Shown here piece after piece: positions 17,769 to 26,785 of a stretch of DNA of 64,000 nt. The position numbers and the translations under genes were made by a program. The stretch covers positions 2,263 to 66,262 of the forward strand of contig DATLHA010000109.1 of NCBI GenBank assembly GCA_035540095.1. The letters run 5' to 3'. This DNA comes from Acidimicrobiales bacterium. Its GTDB lineage: Bacteria > Actinomycetota > Acidimicrobiia > Acidimicrobiales > AC-14. Position 1 is the stretch's first letter; each line of letters begins with the position of its first letter. A model generated the notes under the pieces. It was not told the origin of the DNA. It searched no databases and saw nothing but the letters and a program-made list of their open reading frames with translations.

Positions 17769-19294
17769 CCCGGGACCACGGCGAGGCGCCGGCGGAACAG
17801 GCGCTCGAAGAGTTCCCGCTTGCGGCGGGCCCCCCACAGCTCGATGGCGATGTCGGTGTCCGACCGGACCACCAGCCGCGCCCGGTCGCCGTCGAGGAGG
17901 ACCTTGATCTCCTTGACGTTGCCGCACCGGCCGCGGTCGAGGCCGTCGGCCACCCGAAGCAGGGCGGCGAGGCGGCTGACCCGCTCCCGCGCCTCCGGGT
18001 CGAGCGTGCCGAAGGGCTCGTGGGACGGCTTCGGGTTGCCCCCGCGGTGGGCCCGGGCCAGGGCGGCCACGAAGTCGACCTCGACCGGCGTGAACCCCCG
18101 CAGCTTGCCGTGCTGGATGAGGTACGCCGAGTGCTTGTGGTGCGACTCGGTCGACACGTGCTCGCCGATGTCGTGCAGGAGGCCGGCGTGTTCCAACAGC
18201 TCCCGGTCGCCGGCGCCGAGGCGGTGGAGCTCGGCCGTCTGGTCGAACAGGTCCAGAGCCAGGCGGGCGGTGTGGCGCCCGTGGCCCTCGTCCCAGTTGC
18301 ACCGCCGGGCCAGCTGGAGCACCGAGGTGGCCCGGATGGCCCGGGGGTCGCGGGACCAGTCGGCGGCCTCGCGGCGGGGGATCACGTCGAGCACGATGCC
18401 CTCCCGCAGGGCCCATTCGCTCACCGTCATGCGGTCGAACCCGAAGAGCTCCATGGCGGTCAGGAGCACGATCGAGCCGGTGGGGATGATGTCGGCCCGC
18501 TTGGCCTCCAGGCCCGGCATCGGCGCCCGCTCCGACGACCGCTTGGCCAGCAGCTCTTCGTGCAGCGGCAGCAGCTCCTCGCGGCTGAAGGTGAACTGGT
18601 TGACCGACTTTGGCACGTTGCCGGTGCGGCGGGCGGCGATCATGCGGGCCAGGTCGCAGAAGGTCCCGCTGCTGCCGACCGCCATCGCCGGGTGCAGCCG
18701 GGCCACGTCGTCGGCCAGCGGGGCCAGCACGCTGGTCACCCGCTTCTCGAGGCGCCGTACGTCGTCGGCGGTGTAGGGGTCGCCGGTGACCAGCTCGGCG
18801 GAGAGACGGGCGACGCCCAGCTGCACGCTGGCCCCCAGGTGCAGCCGCGACGAGTCGCCGACCATGACCTCCAGGCTCCCGCCCCCGAGGTCCAGGCACA
18901 GGGCGGGGCCGGGATCGATGACCACGGCGGCCTTCACCGCCTGGAAGATGAGCTGCGCCTCCTCGTGGCCGCTGATGACGCGGACCTTGACCCCGGCCTC
19001 GGCCTCCATGCGGTCGACGACCTGGCCGCCGTTCTCCGCCTCTCGCAGGGCGGCGGTGGCGCAGGCGTGGATCTCCTCGGTGCCGGCGCCCAGGGCCAGT
19101 TTGCGGAAGCGGTCCACGGTGGCGACGGCCCGGTCCGCGAGGGCGTCGGGGATGCGCCCTTCCCGGCCCACGGCGTCGCCCAGGCGCAGCATGTCCTTCT
19201 CCCGGATGAGGGGAACGAACGTGCCGTCGGCGTGGGCGTCCACGACGAGGAGGTGGAAGGAGTTCGACCCCAGGTCGAACGCGGCGATGCGCAT
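17765..19294 (-). CDS. ppx: exopolyphosphatase, Ppx/GppA family with HD domain
   Basis: ORF 17765..19321(-) trimmed to ATG 19294: MRIAAFDLGSNSFHLLVVDAH..., HD region LLHDIGEHVSTESHHKHSAYLI. TAACCT-N8-ATG upstream. Confidence 0.85.
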   Translation of the reverse strand: MRIAAFDLGSNSFHLLVVDAHADGTFVPLIREKDMLRLGDAVGREGRIPDALADRAVATVDRFRKLALGAGTEEIHACATAALREAENGGQVVDRMEAEAGVKVRVISGHEEAQLIFQAVKAAVVIDPGPALCLDLGGGSLEVMVGDSSRLHLGASVQLGVARLSAELVTGDPYTADDVRRLEKRVTSVLAPLADDVARLHPAMAVGSSGTFCDLARMIAARRTGNVPKSVNQFTFSREELLPLHEELLAKRSSERAPMPGLEAKRADIIPTGSIVLLTAMELFGFDRMTVSEWALREGIVLDVIPRREAADWSRDPRAIRATSVLQLARRCNWDEGHGRHTARLALDLFDQTAELHRLGAGDRELLEHAGLLHDIGEHVSTESHHKHSAYLIQHGKLRGFTPVEVDFVAALARAHRGGNPKPSHEPFGTLDPEARERVSRLAALLRVADGLDRGRCGNVKEIKVLLDGDRARLVVRSDTDIAIELWGARRKRELFERLFRRRLAVVPG

Positions 19295-19302
19295 GTGCTC
19301 CG

Positions 19303-19308
19303 AGGTTA
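19303..19308 (-). promoter_or_regulatory. -10-like TAACCT, N8 before the ppx ATG
   Basis: Minus strand TAACCT cggagcac ATG. Confidence 0.35.
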
Positions 19309-19357
19309 GGTCTCCGTTCACCGGCCTTGGTCACGACGTGGACGTTCGAGCGACGGG

Positions 19358-19603
19358 ATGAACCCGGGCTGGTCAGGCGTTATAACCGTCGTGAGAGGCG
19401 ACCGTGTCGAGATCGTGATCGATGCCGGCGGCGAGGCGAAGACCTACGAGGTCACGGCCACCCGCGCCGGCCGGCGGGTGGACGTGCGGACCGGTCGTGG
19501 TGTCGTCGAGGTGAGCGAGCTGACCCGCGGTGGCACGCCGGTGCGGACGGCCCGGTTCATGGCCAGCCGGGTGCTGGCGCTGGTCGAGCATCCCGCGGCC
19601 TGA
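19358..19603 (+). CDS. small hypothetical protein (81 aa)
   Basis: ORF track. Protein-like beta-rich composition (VITVVRGDRVEIVIDAGGEAKTYEVTATRAG...), high GC3. No family recognised, weak RBS. Confidence 0.45.
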   Translation: MNPGWSGVITVVRGDRVEIVIDAGGEAKTYEVTATRAGRRVDVRTGRGVVEVSELTRGGTPVRTARFMASRVLALVEHPAA

Positions 19604-19606
19604 TCG

Positions 19607-20038
19607 CTACGGCGCCTCGAGACGGAGGGCGCCCACCTCGTCGAGCACCCATGTGGCGCCCTTGCGGGTGAAGTCGTCCCGCGGCACGCCCAGGGCGTCG
19701 AGGATCTCCTCGACGACGTCGCCGTGACTGCAGAGGACGGTGTGGTGGTCGTGGCTCAGCAGGCGGCGGGTGAGGGAGATGCCGGCCTGCCCCTCGCCCT
19801 CGGCCAGGTCGTCGCAGGGCTCGACGGCCAGCCCCCGTGCCGCGGCCAGCGGGGCGACGGTCTGGGTGCAGCGTAGGTAGGGGCTGGAGAGCACCCGGTC
19901 GATCTCGTAGCCGGCGAGGAGATCCACCAGTGCCCCGGCCTGGGCCTCGCCCTTGCCGGTGAGAGGCCGGAGGTCGTCAGGGGCGTCCCACTTCTCCCGG
20001 TCGCCGGCCTTGGCGTGGCGGACCAGCAGGACGCTCAC
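19607..20038 (-). CDS. histidine phosphatase family protein (SixA-like)
   Basis: ORF 19607..20116(-) trimmed to GTG 20038, which overlaps the Nudix stop (GTGA): VSVLLVRHAKAGDREKWDAPDDLRPLTGKGEAQA (RHG-type motif) ...VLCSHGDV; 143 aa. Confidence 0.75.
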   Translation of the reverse strand: MSVLLVRHAKAGDREKWDAPDDLRPLTGKGEAQAGALVDLLAGYEIDRVLSSPYLRCTQTVAPLAAARGLAVEPCDDLAEGEGQAGISLTRRLLSHDHHTVLCSHGDVVEEILDALGVPRDDFTRKGATWVLDEVGALRLEAP

Positions 20039-20439
20039 CGGACGAGGGCGCGGAGCAGGGCGCGGTCGCGCGGGTAGGTCAGCCGGGCGGCGGCATCGTC
20101 GACGGGCAGCCAGCACACCTCGTCGACCTCGTCGGTGGGCGTGAACTCGCCGCCGGCCGGCGTCATGGCCCAGTAGCGGACCCGCTTGGGCCGGCCCTTC
20201 CGGTCGACGTAGGAGATCTCCGGCAGTTGCTCACCGACCGTGCAGTGCAGGCCGGTCTCCTCCTCCACCTCTCGCACGGCGGCAGCGGCGTGGTCCTCGC
20301 CGGGCCCCAGCTTGCCCTTGGGGACGGTCCAGTCGTCGTAGCGGGGGCGGTGCACGAGGAGGACCTCTACCCCGCCGGCCGGCGACCGCCGCCACACGAC
20401 ACCGCCGGCGGCCTCGACAAGCCCGGTGGTCACATCCAT
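20035..20439 (-). CDS. NUDIX hydrolase
   Basis: ORF 20035..20856(-) trimmed to ATG 20439. Nudix box GKLGPGEDHAAAAVREVEEETGL; 134 aa. Overlaps the upstream stop by 10 nt. Confidence 0.85.
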   Translation of the reverse strand: MDVTTGLVEAAGGVVWRRSPAGGVEVLLVHRPRYDDWTVPKGKLGPGEDHAAAAVREVEEETGLHCTVGEQLPEISYVDRKGRPKRVRYWAMTPAGGEFTPTDEVDEVCWLPVDDAAARLTYPRDRALLRALVR

Positions 20440-21923
20440 GAGCGCAGCTTCTCCGCGGAGGCCTTCTTCCACGCCTTCGGCCACTGCTTGCGGTGCTCGG
20501 CGGCCTCGGCCATCTGCACGGCGATGAGCTCGCCGGCGGCCAGGCTCACCGCGGCGTCGGCCCCCTCCACCGCCGAGCGCAGCCACGCTTCGGCCACGAC
20601 CGCGTCCTGGTGGTCGCCCAGCACCTCCTGCACATCCGCCACCGCGGAAGCGAACTGCGCCGCCTTCTTGCCCACGAGCGGGGCGGCGGCCTCCGCCGCG
20701 TAGCGGGCCCGCTTGGCCAGGATGCGGATCTGGTGCAGGTCGGCGTCCGGAGGGTCGGCGGGGAGAGCCTCGACCGCCTTGCGCAGCTTGCGCCACGGTC
20801 CGGCCACCAGGCCGGGCACCACCTCCTCGGCCGGGGCGTCCACCCCCTTGCGGCACTTGGGCTGGACGGCGGCGTCGACCAGGCGCTCGATCAGGGCGAC
20901 GTAGCGCGGCGCCTCCATGGCCTCGAGGAGCTCGGCCCGGGCCCGGTCACGGTCCATGGCCAGCCGGCGGAAGATGGGCGCCAGGGCGCCGGTGTCGGGT
21001 TCGGGCAGGGTGGCTGCCTGGCGCCGGAGCCGGTCGACGAGGACGTCGGCGTCGCGCACCGCGCCCAGGGCGCCGGCCAGCCAGCGCAACTCGTCGCGCA
21101 AGGGCGACATCCAGTCCTTCTCCAGCAGCGATCCGAACGTACGCAGGTCCGAGCGCAGCCGGCGGGTGCCGACCCGGGCCTGGTGCACGTCCTCGGGGTC
21201 GTCGCCGATGCGGACGCCGGGATCGTGGCGCATGATCCGGTCGACCGAGGAGCCGATCGCCCGGTGCACGAGAGCGGCGGCCGAGGGGTTCTTCCCGAGG
21301 GAGACAGGCGCCACCTCCGGCGCCCCCAGAGCCCGAGCGCCCAGGGCCCGGATGACCTTGGGCGTGGAATCGGGCTCGCCGGCGCCGGCGTCGCGCAGGA
21401 GGCCGACGATGGTGTCGAGCAACCCCGCCGGCGGCCGGGCGCCGAGCTCGACCTCCACTTCCCGGAAGCGGGTGGCGACCCGCCCGCCGTGGAGGACCGA
21501 CACCTCGTCGTCGACGACCTCGGCCACCACCGCGCCCTCGCTGTCGAGCAGGTCGACGCCGCTGCGGACGGTGCGGATACGGGCCACGGGGACCAGCGGC
21601 GTGTCCCGGGCGTAGGCCCGGATGAGCGTCCCGGCGCCGGCCGGCATTCGACCGGGCGGGCCGTCGAAGGTGAGCTCCCGACGAACCAGCGCCGGCCCGT
21701 CGTCGCCCCCGGGCAGCTTGACCGTCCAGCCGCTGCCGTCACCGGTCCTGTGGCGGACGGTCACGCCCCAGCGGGCGAGGCGCAGATCCGGCGTGTCGTA
21801 GTACACGGCCATCAGCGTGCGGGGCACCCGGGCGACCGGCGACACGTCGTCGGCCAACCCTTCGAGGGTGGGCAGCTCGAAGCCGGCCCACGCGCTCATC
21901 TTGACCTCCGTCTCGGTGCTCAC
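20430..21923 (-). CDS. CYTH + CHAD domain protein (triphosphate tunnel / polyphosphate-granule associated)
   Basis: ORF 20430..22043(-) trimmed to GTG 21923, which overlaps the ppk1 stop (GTGA). N-terminal VSTETEVKM...YYDTPDLRLARWGVTVRHR...FREVEVEL (CYTH). C-terminal helical His/Arg-rich HQARVGTRRLRSDLRTF...LHQIRILAKRARYAAE (CHAD). Confidence 0.8.
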   Translation of the reverse strand: MSTETEVKMSAWAGFELPTLEGLADDVSPVARVPRTLMAVYYDTPDLRLARWGVTVRHRTGDGSGWTVKLPGGDDGPALVRRELTFDGPPGRMPAGAGTLIRAYARDTPLVPVARIRTVRSGVDLLDSEGAVVAEVVDDEVSVLHGGRVATRFREVEVELGARPPAGLLDTIVGLLRDAGAGEPDSTPKVIRALGARALGAPEVAPVSLGKNPSAAALVHRAIGSSVDRIMRHDPGVRIGDDPEDVHQARVGTRRLRSDLRTFGSLLEKDWMSPLRDELRWLAGALGAVRDADVLVDRLRRQAATLPEPDTGALAPIFRRLAMDRDRARAELLEAMEAPRYVALIERLVDAAVQPKCRKGVDAPAEEVVPGLVAGPWRKLRKAVEALPADPPDADLHQIRILAKRARYAAEAAAPLVGKKAAQFASAVADVQEVLGDHQDAVVAEAWLRSAVEGADAAVSLAAGELIAVQMAEAAEHRKQWPKAWKKASAEKLRSWM

Positions 21924-24034
21924 CCCTGGTCGGACCGCCGGCGGCGAGCCCGCTCGAAGGCCAGCTCCTGCAGGCGCAGGTGGGTGTTCTCGCCCTTCTC
22001 GGTGGGGACCTTGCTCCAGCCACCGTCGCCGTCGAGCGCCCATGCCAGCGCGTCGTCGGCCATGGTGACGTCGAGGATTTCCTGGAGGCGGGCCTGGAGC
22101 TCGGCGTCGAAGATGGGGGTCATGGCCTCCACCCGCCGGTCGAGGTTGCGGGGCATGAGGTCGGCCGAGCCGATGACGTAGTGGCGCTCACGACGCTCGC
22201 CGAAGGCGAGGATGCGGGAGTGCTCGAGGTACCGGCCGACGATCGATCGGACGCGGATGCTCTCGGAGAGGTCGGGCACGCCGGGCCGTAGACAGCAGAT
22301 GCCCCGCACGATCAGGTCGATGCTGACCCCGGCCTGCGACGCCTCGTACAGGGCGTCGATCACCGTGGTGTCCACCAGGCTGTTCATCTTCATGACGATG
22401 CGCCCGTGACCGTCGGGGTCGTCTCGCTCGGCGGCGATGAGGTCGAGGATCGCCGAGCGCAGGCCGGCGGGGGCGACGAGCAGCCGGCGGTACTCCGTCT
22501 GGCGGCTGTAGCCGGTGAGGTAGTTGAACAGCTCGGCGAGGTCGGCACCCAGCTCGCGGTCGGCGGAGAGCAGGCCGATGTCCTCGTAGATGCGGGCCGT
22601 TTTGGGGTTGTAGTTGCCGGTGCCCACGTGGCAGTAGTGGCGGACGCTGTCGCCTTCCTCCCGCACCACCAGGGCCGTCTTGGTGTGGGTCTTCAGGCCG
22701 ACGAGGCCGTAGACCACGTGGACGCCGGCCTCCTCCAGGGCTCTGGCCCAGGCGATGTTGGCCTGCTCGTCGAACCGGGCCTTGAGCTCCACGAGGGCGG
22801 CCACCTGCTTGCCCGCCTCGGCGGCGCGGATCAGTGCCTCGATGATGGGGCTGTCCCCGGAGGTGCGGTACAGCGTCTGCTTGATGGCCAGCACCTGCGG
22901 GTCCTTGGACGCCTGCTCGATGAACGCCACCACCGACGTGGCAAAGGAGTCGTAGGGATGGTGGACGAGCACCTCCTGCTGCCGCAGGACGGCGAAGATG
23001 TCATTGGCGTCGCCGTCCTCGTCGACCAGCAGGGGCTGGGTCACGCCCACCCACGAGGAGTCCTTGAGGTCGGGGCGGTCGAGGTCGTACACGGCCATGA
23101 GGCCGCTGAGCTCGATCGGCCCGTCGACGACGTAGACGTCTTCGGGGGAGAGCTCGAGCTCCCGCATCAGCAGCTCACGGGTCTCCTCGGCCATCGTGGT
23201 CGACACCTCGAGCCGGACCGCTCGCCCGAACCGGCGCCGGCGCAGCTCCAGCTCGACCGCGGCCAGCAGGTCGTCGGCTTCCTCCTCGTCCTCGAGGGTC
23301 ACATCGGCGTTGCGGGTGACGCGGAAGGTGTGGTGCTCCTCGATCTCCATGCCTGGGAACAGGGTGTCGAGGTGGGCGGCGATCAGCTGCTCGACGGCCA
23401 CGAACCGCTTCCCGTCGGGCATGACGACGAACCGGGGGAGCAGCGGGGGCACCTTGACCCGGGCGAAGCGACGGTGGCCGTTGCCAGGATCGCACACGTT
23501 CACGGCCAGGTTCAGGGAGAGGTTCGAGATGTAGGGGAACGGGTGGCCCGGGTCGACGGCGAGCGGGGTGAGCACCGGGAAGATGCGGCGGTGGAAGACG
23601 TCGACGAGGTGCTCGCGGTCGTCGTCGTCGAGGGAGTCCCAGTCCGACAGGACGATCCCGGCGTCGCCCAGGGCCGGCGCGATGTCCTCCAGGAACACCT
23701 TGGCCTGGTGGGAGATCAGCTCCTCGACCCGGCCCCGGATGGCCCGGAGCTGCTCGGCCGGCGTGAGACCGTCGGGCGACGGGGTGTTGAGGCCGCCGGC
23801 CTGCTTGTCGTGCAGCGAGGCGACGCGGACCTGGAAGAACTCGTCGAGGTTGTTGCTGAAGATGGCGAGGAACTTGGCCCGCTCCAGCACCGGCGTCTCC
23901 GGCTCCTCGGCCAGGGCGAGGACCCGGGCGTTGAAGTCCAGCCAGGACAGTTCGCGGTTGATGTACCGGGGCCGGCCGGAGGGGTCGGGCTCCTCCGGCT
24001 CCACCTCCGCGGGGGCCTGGTCGAGGTCGGTCAC
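21920..24034 (-). CDS. ppk1: polyphosphate kinase 1
   Basis: ORF track 704 aa: RYINRELSWLDFNARVLALAEE...FLAIFSNNLDEFFQVRV..., two PLD-like C-terminal domains. GTG start. Confidence 0.92.
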   Translation of the reverse strand: MTDLDQAPAEVEPEEPDPSGRPRYINRELSWLDFNARVLALAEEPETPVLERAKFLAIFSNNLDEFFQVRVASLHDKQAGGLNTPSPDGLTPAEQLRAIRGRVEELISHQAKVFLEDIAPALGDAGIVLSDWDSLDDDDREHLVDVFHRRIFPVLTPLAVDPGHPFPYISNLSLNLAVNVCDPGNGHRRFARVKVPPLLPRFVVMPDGKRFVAVEQLIAAHLDTLFPGMEIEEHHTFRVTRNADVTLEDEEEADDLLAAVELELRRRRFGRAVRLEVSTTMAEETRELLMRELELSPEDVYVVDGPIELSGLMAVYDLDRPDLKDSSWVGVTQPLLVDEDGDANDIFAVLRQQEVLVHHPYDSFATSVVAFIEQASKDPQVLAIKQTLYRTSGDSPIIEALIRAAEAGKQVAALVELKARFDEQANIAWARALEEAGVHVVYGLVGLKTHTKTALVVREEGDSVRHYCHVGTGNYNPKTARIYEDIGLLSADRELGADLAELFNYLTGYSRQTEYRRLLVAPAGLRSAILDLIAAERDDPDGHGRIVMKMNSLVDTTVIDALYEASQAGVSIDLIVRGICCLRPGVPDLSESIRVRSIVGRYLEHSRILAFGERRERHYVIGSADLMPRNLDRRVEAMTPIFDAELQARLQEILDVTMADDALAWALDGDGGWSKVPTEKGENTHLRLQELAFERARRRRSDQG

Positions 24035-24254
24035 GTGCCGAGCATCGTACCGGCAGGCAGGCGCGAAGCGGCCCCGAGTAGCCCTTCAGCCGGAGCTGCC
24101 GAACTTCTCGGGACCGTCTTCACCGGCATCTCGCATCCGGACGGCGCCGCCCGAGGGCGGGCACCGGCCAGCCCGATATTCCCCGGGAGGAACACCGGCG
24201 TGTGCGTGATACCTCGCCCGGCCCTTCTCTTCGGCTGCTTGCGCGGCCTCCGTT

Positions 24255-24288
24255 CCGTTCCGGACAAGAGCAGTATGGACCGGAACGG
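24255..24288. other. stable hairpin in the ppk1-regX3 gap
   Basis: Perfect 9-bp stem CCGTTCCGG / CCGGAACGG with a 16-nt AT-richer loop. Preceded by a CCGTT duplication. Confidence 0.4.
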
Positions 24289-24335
24289 GTGTGCATTGGA
24301 AGAGGGCAAACCTGGGGATTTCGAGATTCCTGGAA

Positions 24336-24370
24336 CCCGGCCCGTCGCCGTCGTGGTGCGGCGGGCCGGG
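24336..24370. other. second stable hairpin in the ppk1-regX3 gap
   Basis: CCCGGCCC...GCCG tcgtggtg CGGC GGGCCGGG (8+4 bp), followed by TT on either strand. Confidence 0.4.
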
Positions 24371-24448
24371 TTGCCGACGACTCCTCTGTCGAGGCGCCGT
24401 ACATGACGGCGAGGTGAACGTGCCCCGCCGGCTGGGCGTCCAAACGCC

Positions 24449-24467
24449 CGACGCCGCCGGGGCGTCG
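24449..24467 (-). terminator. possible terminator after regX3
   Basis: CGACGCC-5 nt-GGCGTCG; on the minus strand it is followed by GGCGTTTGG. Confidence 0.35.
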
Positions 24468-24513
24468 CCCGCTGCGGCCGAGCCAGGGGTCCAGAGCAGA
24501 TGGGCCCCTGCTT

Positions 24514-25227
24514 TCAGGGACGCGGCGCCGGCGTGTCGAACTTGTAGCCCAGGCCCCGGATGGTGACGATGCTGCGCGGCTTGGAGGGGTCGACCTCCAC
24601 CTTGGCCCGGAGGCGCTTGATGTGGACGTCGAGGGTCTTGGTGTCGCCGACGTAGTCGGAGCCCCACACCCGGTCGATCAGCAGGTCACGGGTCAGGACG
24701 CGGCCGGCGTTCTGGAGCAGCACGGCGAGGAGCTCGAACTCCTTGAGGGGCAGGGTCACCTGCTCGTCCCGGACGAAGACCTCGTGGCGCTCCGGGTCGA
24801 GACGGACGTCGCCCACCTGCAGGGTGCCCGGGCTGGCGGTGACCGAGGGCGCAGGAGGCACCCGGCGCAGAGCGGCCCGCATGCGGGCGACCAGCTCGCG
24901 TAGGCGGTACGGCTTCGAGACGTAGTCGTCGGCGCCGACCTCCAGACCGACGACGGTGTCGATCTCCGAGGACTTGGCCGTGACCATGATGATCGGCACC
25001 CGCGACCGGCTCCGGATCTCCCGGCACACGTCGACGCCGGAGATGAGCGGCAGCATGACGTCGAGCAGGACCAGGTCGGGCTGCACGAGGTCGAACTGTT
25101 GCAGGGCCTCGACGCCGTCGCGGGCCACACGCACCCGGAAGCCCTCCCGCTTGAGGCCCACGGTGAGGGCCTCGACGAAGGACTCCTCGTCCTCGACCAC
25201 CAGGATGGTGGCTTCGCCGGCGTTCAC
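24514..25227 (-). CDS. regX3: OmpR/PhoB-family response regulator (RegX3-like)
   Basis: ORF track 237 aa: ILVVEDEESFVEALTVGLKREGF...LLDVMLPLISGVDVCREIRSRSRVPIIMVTAKSSEIDTVVGLEVGADDYVSKPY; winged-helix C-terminus. GTG start overlaps the surE stop (GTGA). Confidence 0.9.
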   Translation of the reverse strand: MNAGEATILVVEDEESFVEALTVGLKREGFRVRVARDGVEALQQFDLVQPDLVLLDVMLPLISGVDVCREIRSRSRVPIIMVTAKSSEIDTVVGLEVGADDYVSKPYRLRELVARMRAALRRVPPAPSVTASPGTLQVGDVRLDPERHEVFVRDEQVTLPLKEFELLAVLLQNAGRVLTRDLLIDRVWGSDYVGDTKTLDVHIKRLRAKVEVDPSKPRSIVTIRGLGYKFDTPAPRP

Positions 25228-26012
25228 GCCGCCCGGGACACGGCCCGTTCGATGATCGACGCGGCATCGACCCCGTCGTCGGCCTGGATCCCCAGCAGGG
25301 CGGTGACGGTGACCCAGCCCTCGCCGAGGAGGGCGGCGTCGGTGCCGGGCGCCGGGTCCTGGCGGCCGATCTCGAACTGGGCCAGGAACGGCTCGGACCC
25401 CCGTTCCTGCACCGCGGCTTCGAAGGTGCCGAGGGTGGCCAGGGGCGCTTGGCGGACCCCGGCCAACCGGTCGACGGGCAGGTCGGGGACGTTGACGTTC
25501 AGCACCGTGCCGGCGGGGGCGCCGAGCAGCCAGTCGAGCGCCGCGGCCGCCACCGTCGTGGCGGTGGCGAAGTGCTGCGGCTCGAAGCCATCGATGCTGA
25601 CGGCCAGGCCGGACAGGCCGAGGTTGGCGGCGGCCATGGCCGCCCCGACCGTGCCGGAGAACAGCACGGCGACGCCGGTGTTGGGGCCCAGGTTGACGCC
25701 CGAGGCCACCACGGAGGCCGACGCCGCCGGCCCGCCCAGCTCGCCCAGGACGGCCAGCGCCGGCGGTCCGTCCACGGCGTAGGCAAGAAGGTCCTCGAAG
25801 CCGGGCTCGGCGAGGTGGGGGACGGACACGGACTCGATGCGCACACCATCCGGTGGACGGGGCGCCACCGCCGCCGACGTCCCGCTCTGGTCGCTCGCCG
25901 GCGCCGCGACCACCACCCGCCGGCCGGGGCCGGCGACGGCCCGCACCAGCGCGGCCAGGCCCGGCGACTCGAAGCCGTCGTCGTTGGTGACCAACACCGT
26001 GATGAGGCTCAT
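25224..26012 (-). CDS. surE: 5'/3'-nucleotidase SurE
   Basis: ORF 25224..26261(-) trimmed to ATG 26012, which overlaps the pstB stop (ATGA): [26 protein letters not shown]...; 262 aa. Confidence 0.85.
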   Translation of the reverse strand: MSLITVLVTNDDGFESPGLAALVRAVAGPGRRVVVAAPASDQSGTSAAVAPRPPDGVRIESVSVPHLAEPGFEDLLAYAVDGPPALAVLGELGGPAASASVVASGVNLGPNTGVAVLFSGTVGAAMAAANLGLSGLAVSIDGFEPQHFATATTVAAAALDWLLGAPAGTVLNVNVPDLPVDRLAGVRQAPLATLGTFEAAVQERGSEPFLAQFEIGRQDPAPGTDAALLGEGWVTVTALLGIQADDGVDAASIIERAVSRAA

Positions 26013-26782
26013 CCGAACCGGCCGGTGATGTAGGCCTCGGTCCGCTCGTCCTCGGGACGGGTGAAGATCTGCGACGTCGGGCCCATCTCGACCAGCCGGC
26101 CCGGGTCGCCCGCGACCTCCAGGTTGAAGAACGCGGTGGAGTCGCTCACCCGGGCCGCCTGCTGCATGTTGTGGGTGACGATCACGATCGTGTACTTGTC
26201 CTTGAGCTCGGCGATCAGGTCCTCGATGCGCAGCGTCGAGACCGGGTCGAGGGCTGAGCACGGCTCGTCCATCAGCAGCACCTCGGGCTCGACGGCGATG
26301 GCCCGGGCGATGCAGAGGCGCTGCTGCTGGCCGCCCGAGAGGCTGGCGCCGGGCCGGTCGAGGCGGTCGCGGACCTCCTTCCAGAGGCCGGCGCCCTGCA
26401 GTGCCCGTTCCACGACGATGTCGAGGTCGCCCTTCTTCCTGGTGCCGTTGAGGCGCAGGCCGGCGGACACGTTGTCCCGGATCGACATGGTGGGGAAGGG
26501 GTTCGGACGCTGGAAGACCATGCCGATCGTCCGCCGCACCGACACCGGATCGATGCCGGCCGCGTAGATGTCCTCGCCGTCAAGGAGTATCTCGCCGTCG
26601 ATGCGGGCGCCGGGGATGACCTCGTGCATGCGGTTGAGGGTGCGCAGGAACGTCGACTTCCCGCACCCCGACGGCCCGATGAGGGCGGTGACGTGCTTCG
26701 GTTCGATGGCGAGGGTGACGTCCTCCACCGCTTTGAAGCCGCCGTACCAGGCGGCGACGTGGTTGGCCTCGATGCGCTTCAT
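26009..26782 (-). CDS. pstB: phosphate ABC transporter ATP-binding protein
   Basis: ORF track 257 aa: [50 protein letters not shown], typical PstB C-terminus [10 protein letters not shown]. Confidence 0.92.
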   Translation of the reverse strand: MKRIEANHVAAWYGGFKAVEDVTLAIEPKHVTALIGPSGCGKSTFLRTLNRMHEVIPGARIDGEILLDGEDIYAAGIDPVSVRRTIGMVFQRPNPFPTMSIRDNVSAGLRLNGTRKKGDLDIVVERALQGAGLWKEVRDRLDRPGASLSGGQQQRLCIARAIAVEPEVLLMDEPCSALDPVSTLRIEDLIAELKDKYTIVIVTHNMQQAARVSDSTAFFNLEVAGDPGRLVEMGPTSQIFTRPEDERTEAYITGRFG

Positions 26783-26785
26783 GCC

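Noticed and set aside
24200-24406. A 68-aa ORF with a GGGAGG SD inside the ppk1-regX3 gap.
   Set aside because: It has many A/T-ending codons, unlike every confident gene here. It contains both strong hairpins, and no family is recognisable. It is kept only as an alternative within the finding on this gap.
24413-24419. An isolated GGTGAAC (PHO-box core) about 380 nt upstream of ppk1.
   Set aside because: It is a single unit with no partner at 11-nt spacing, and it is far from the ppk1 start.
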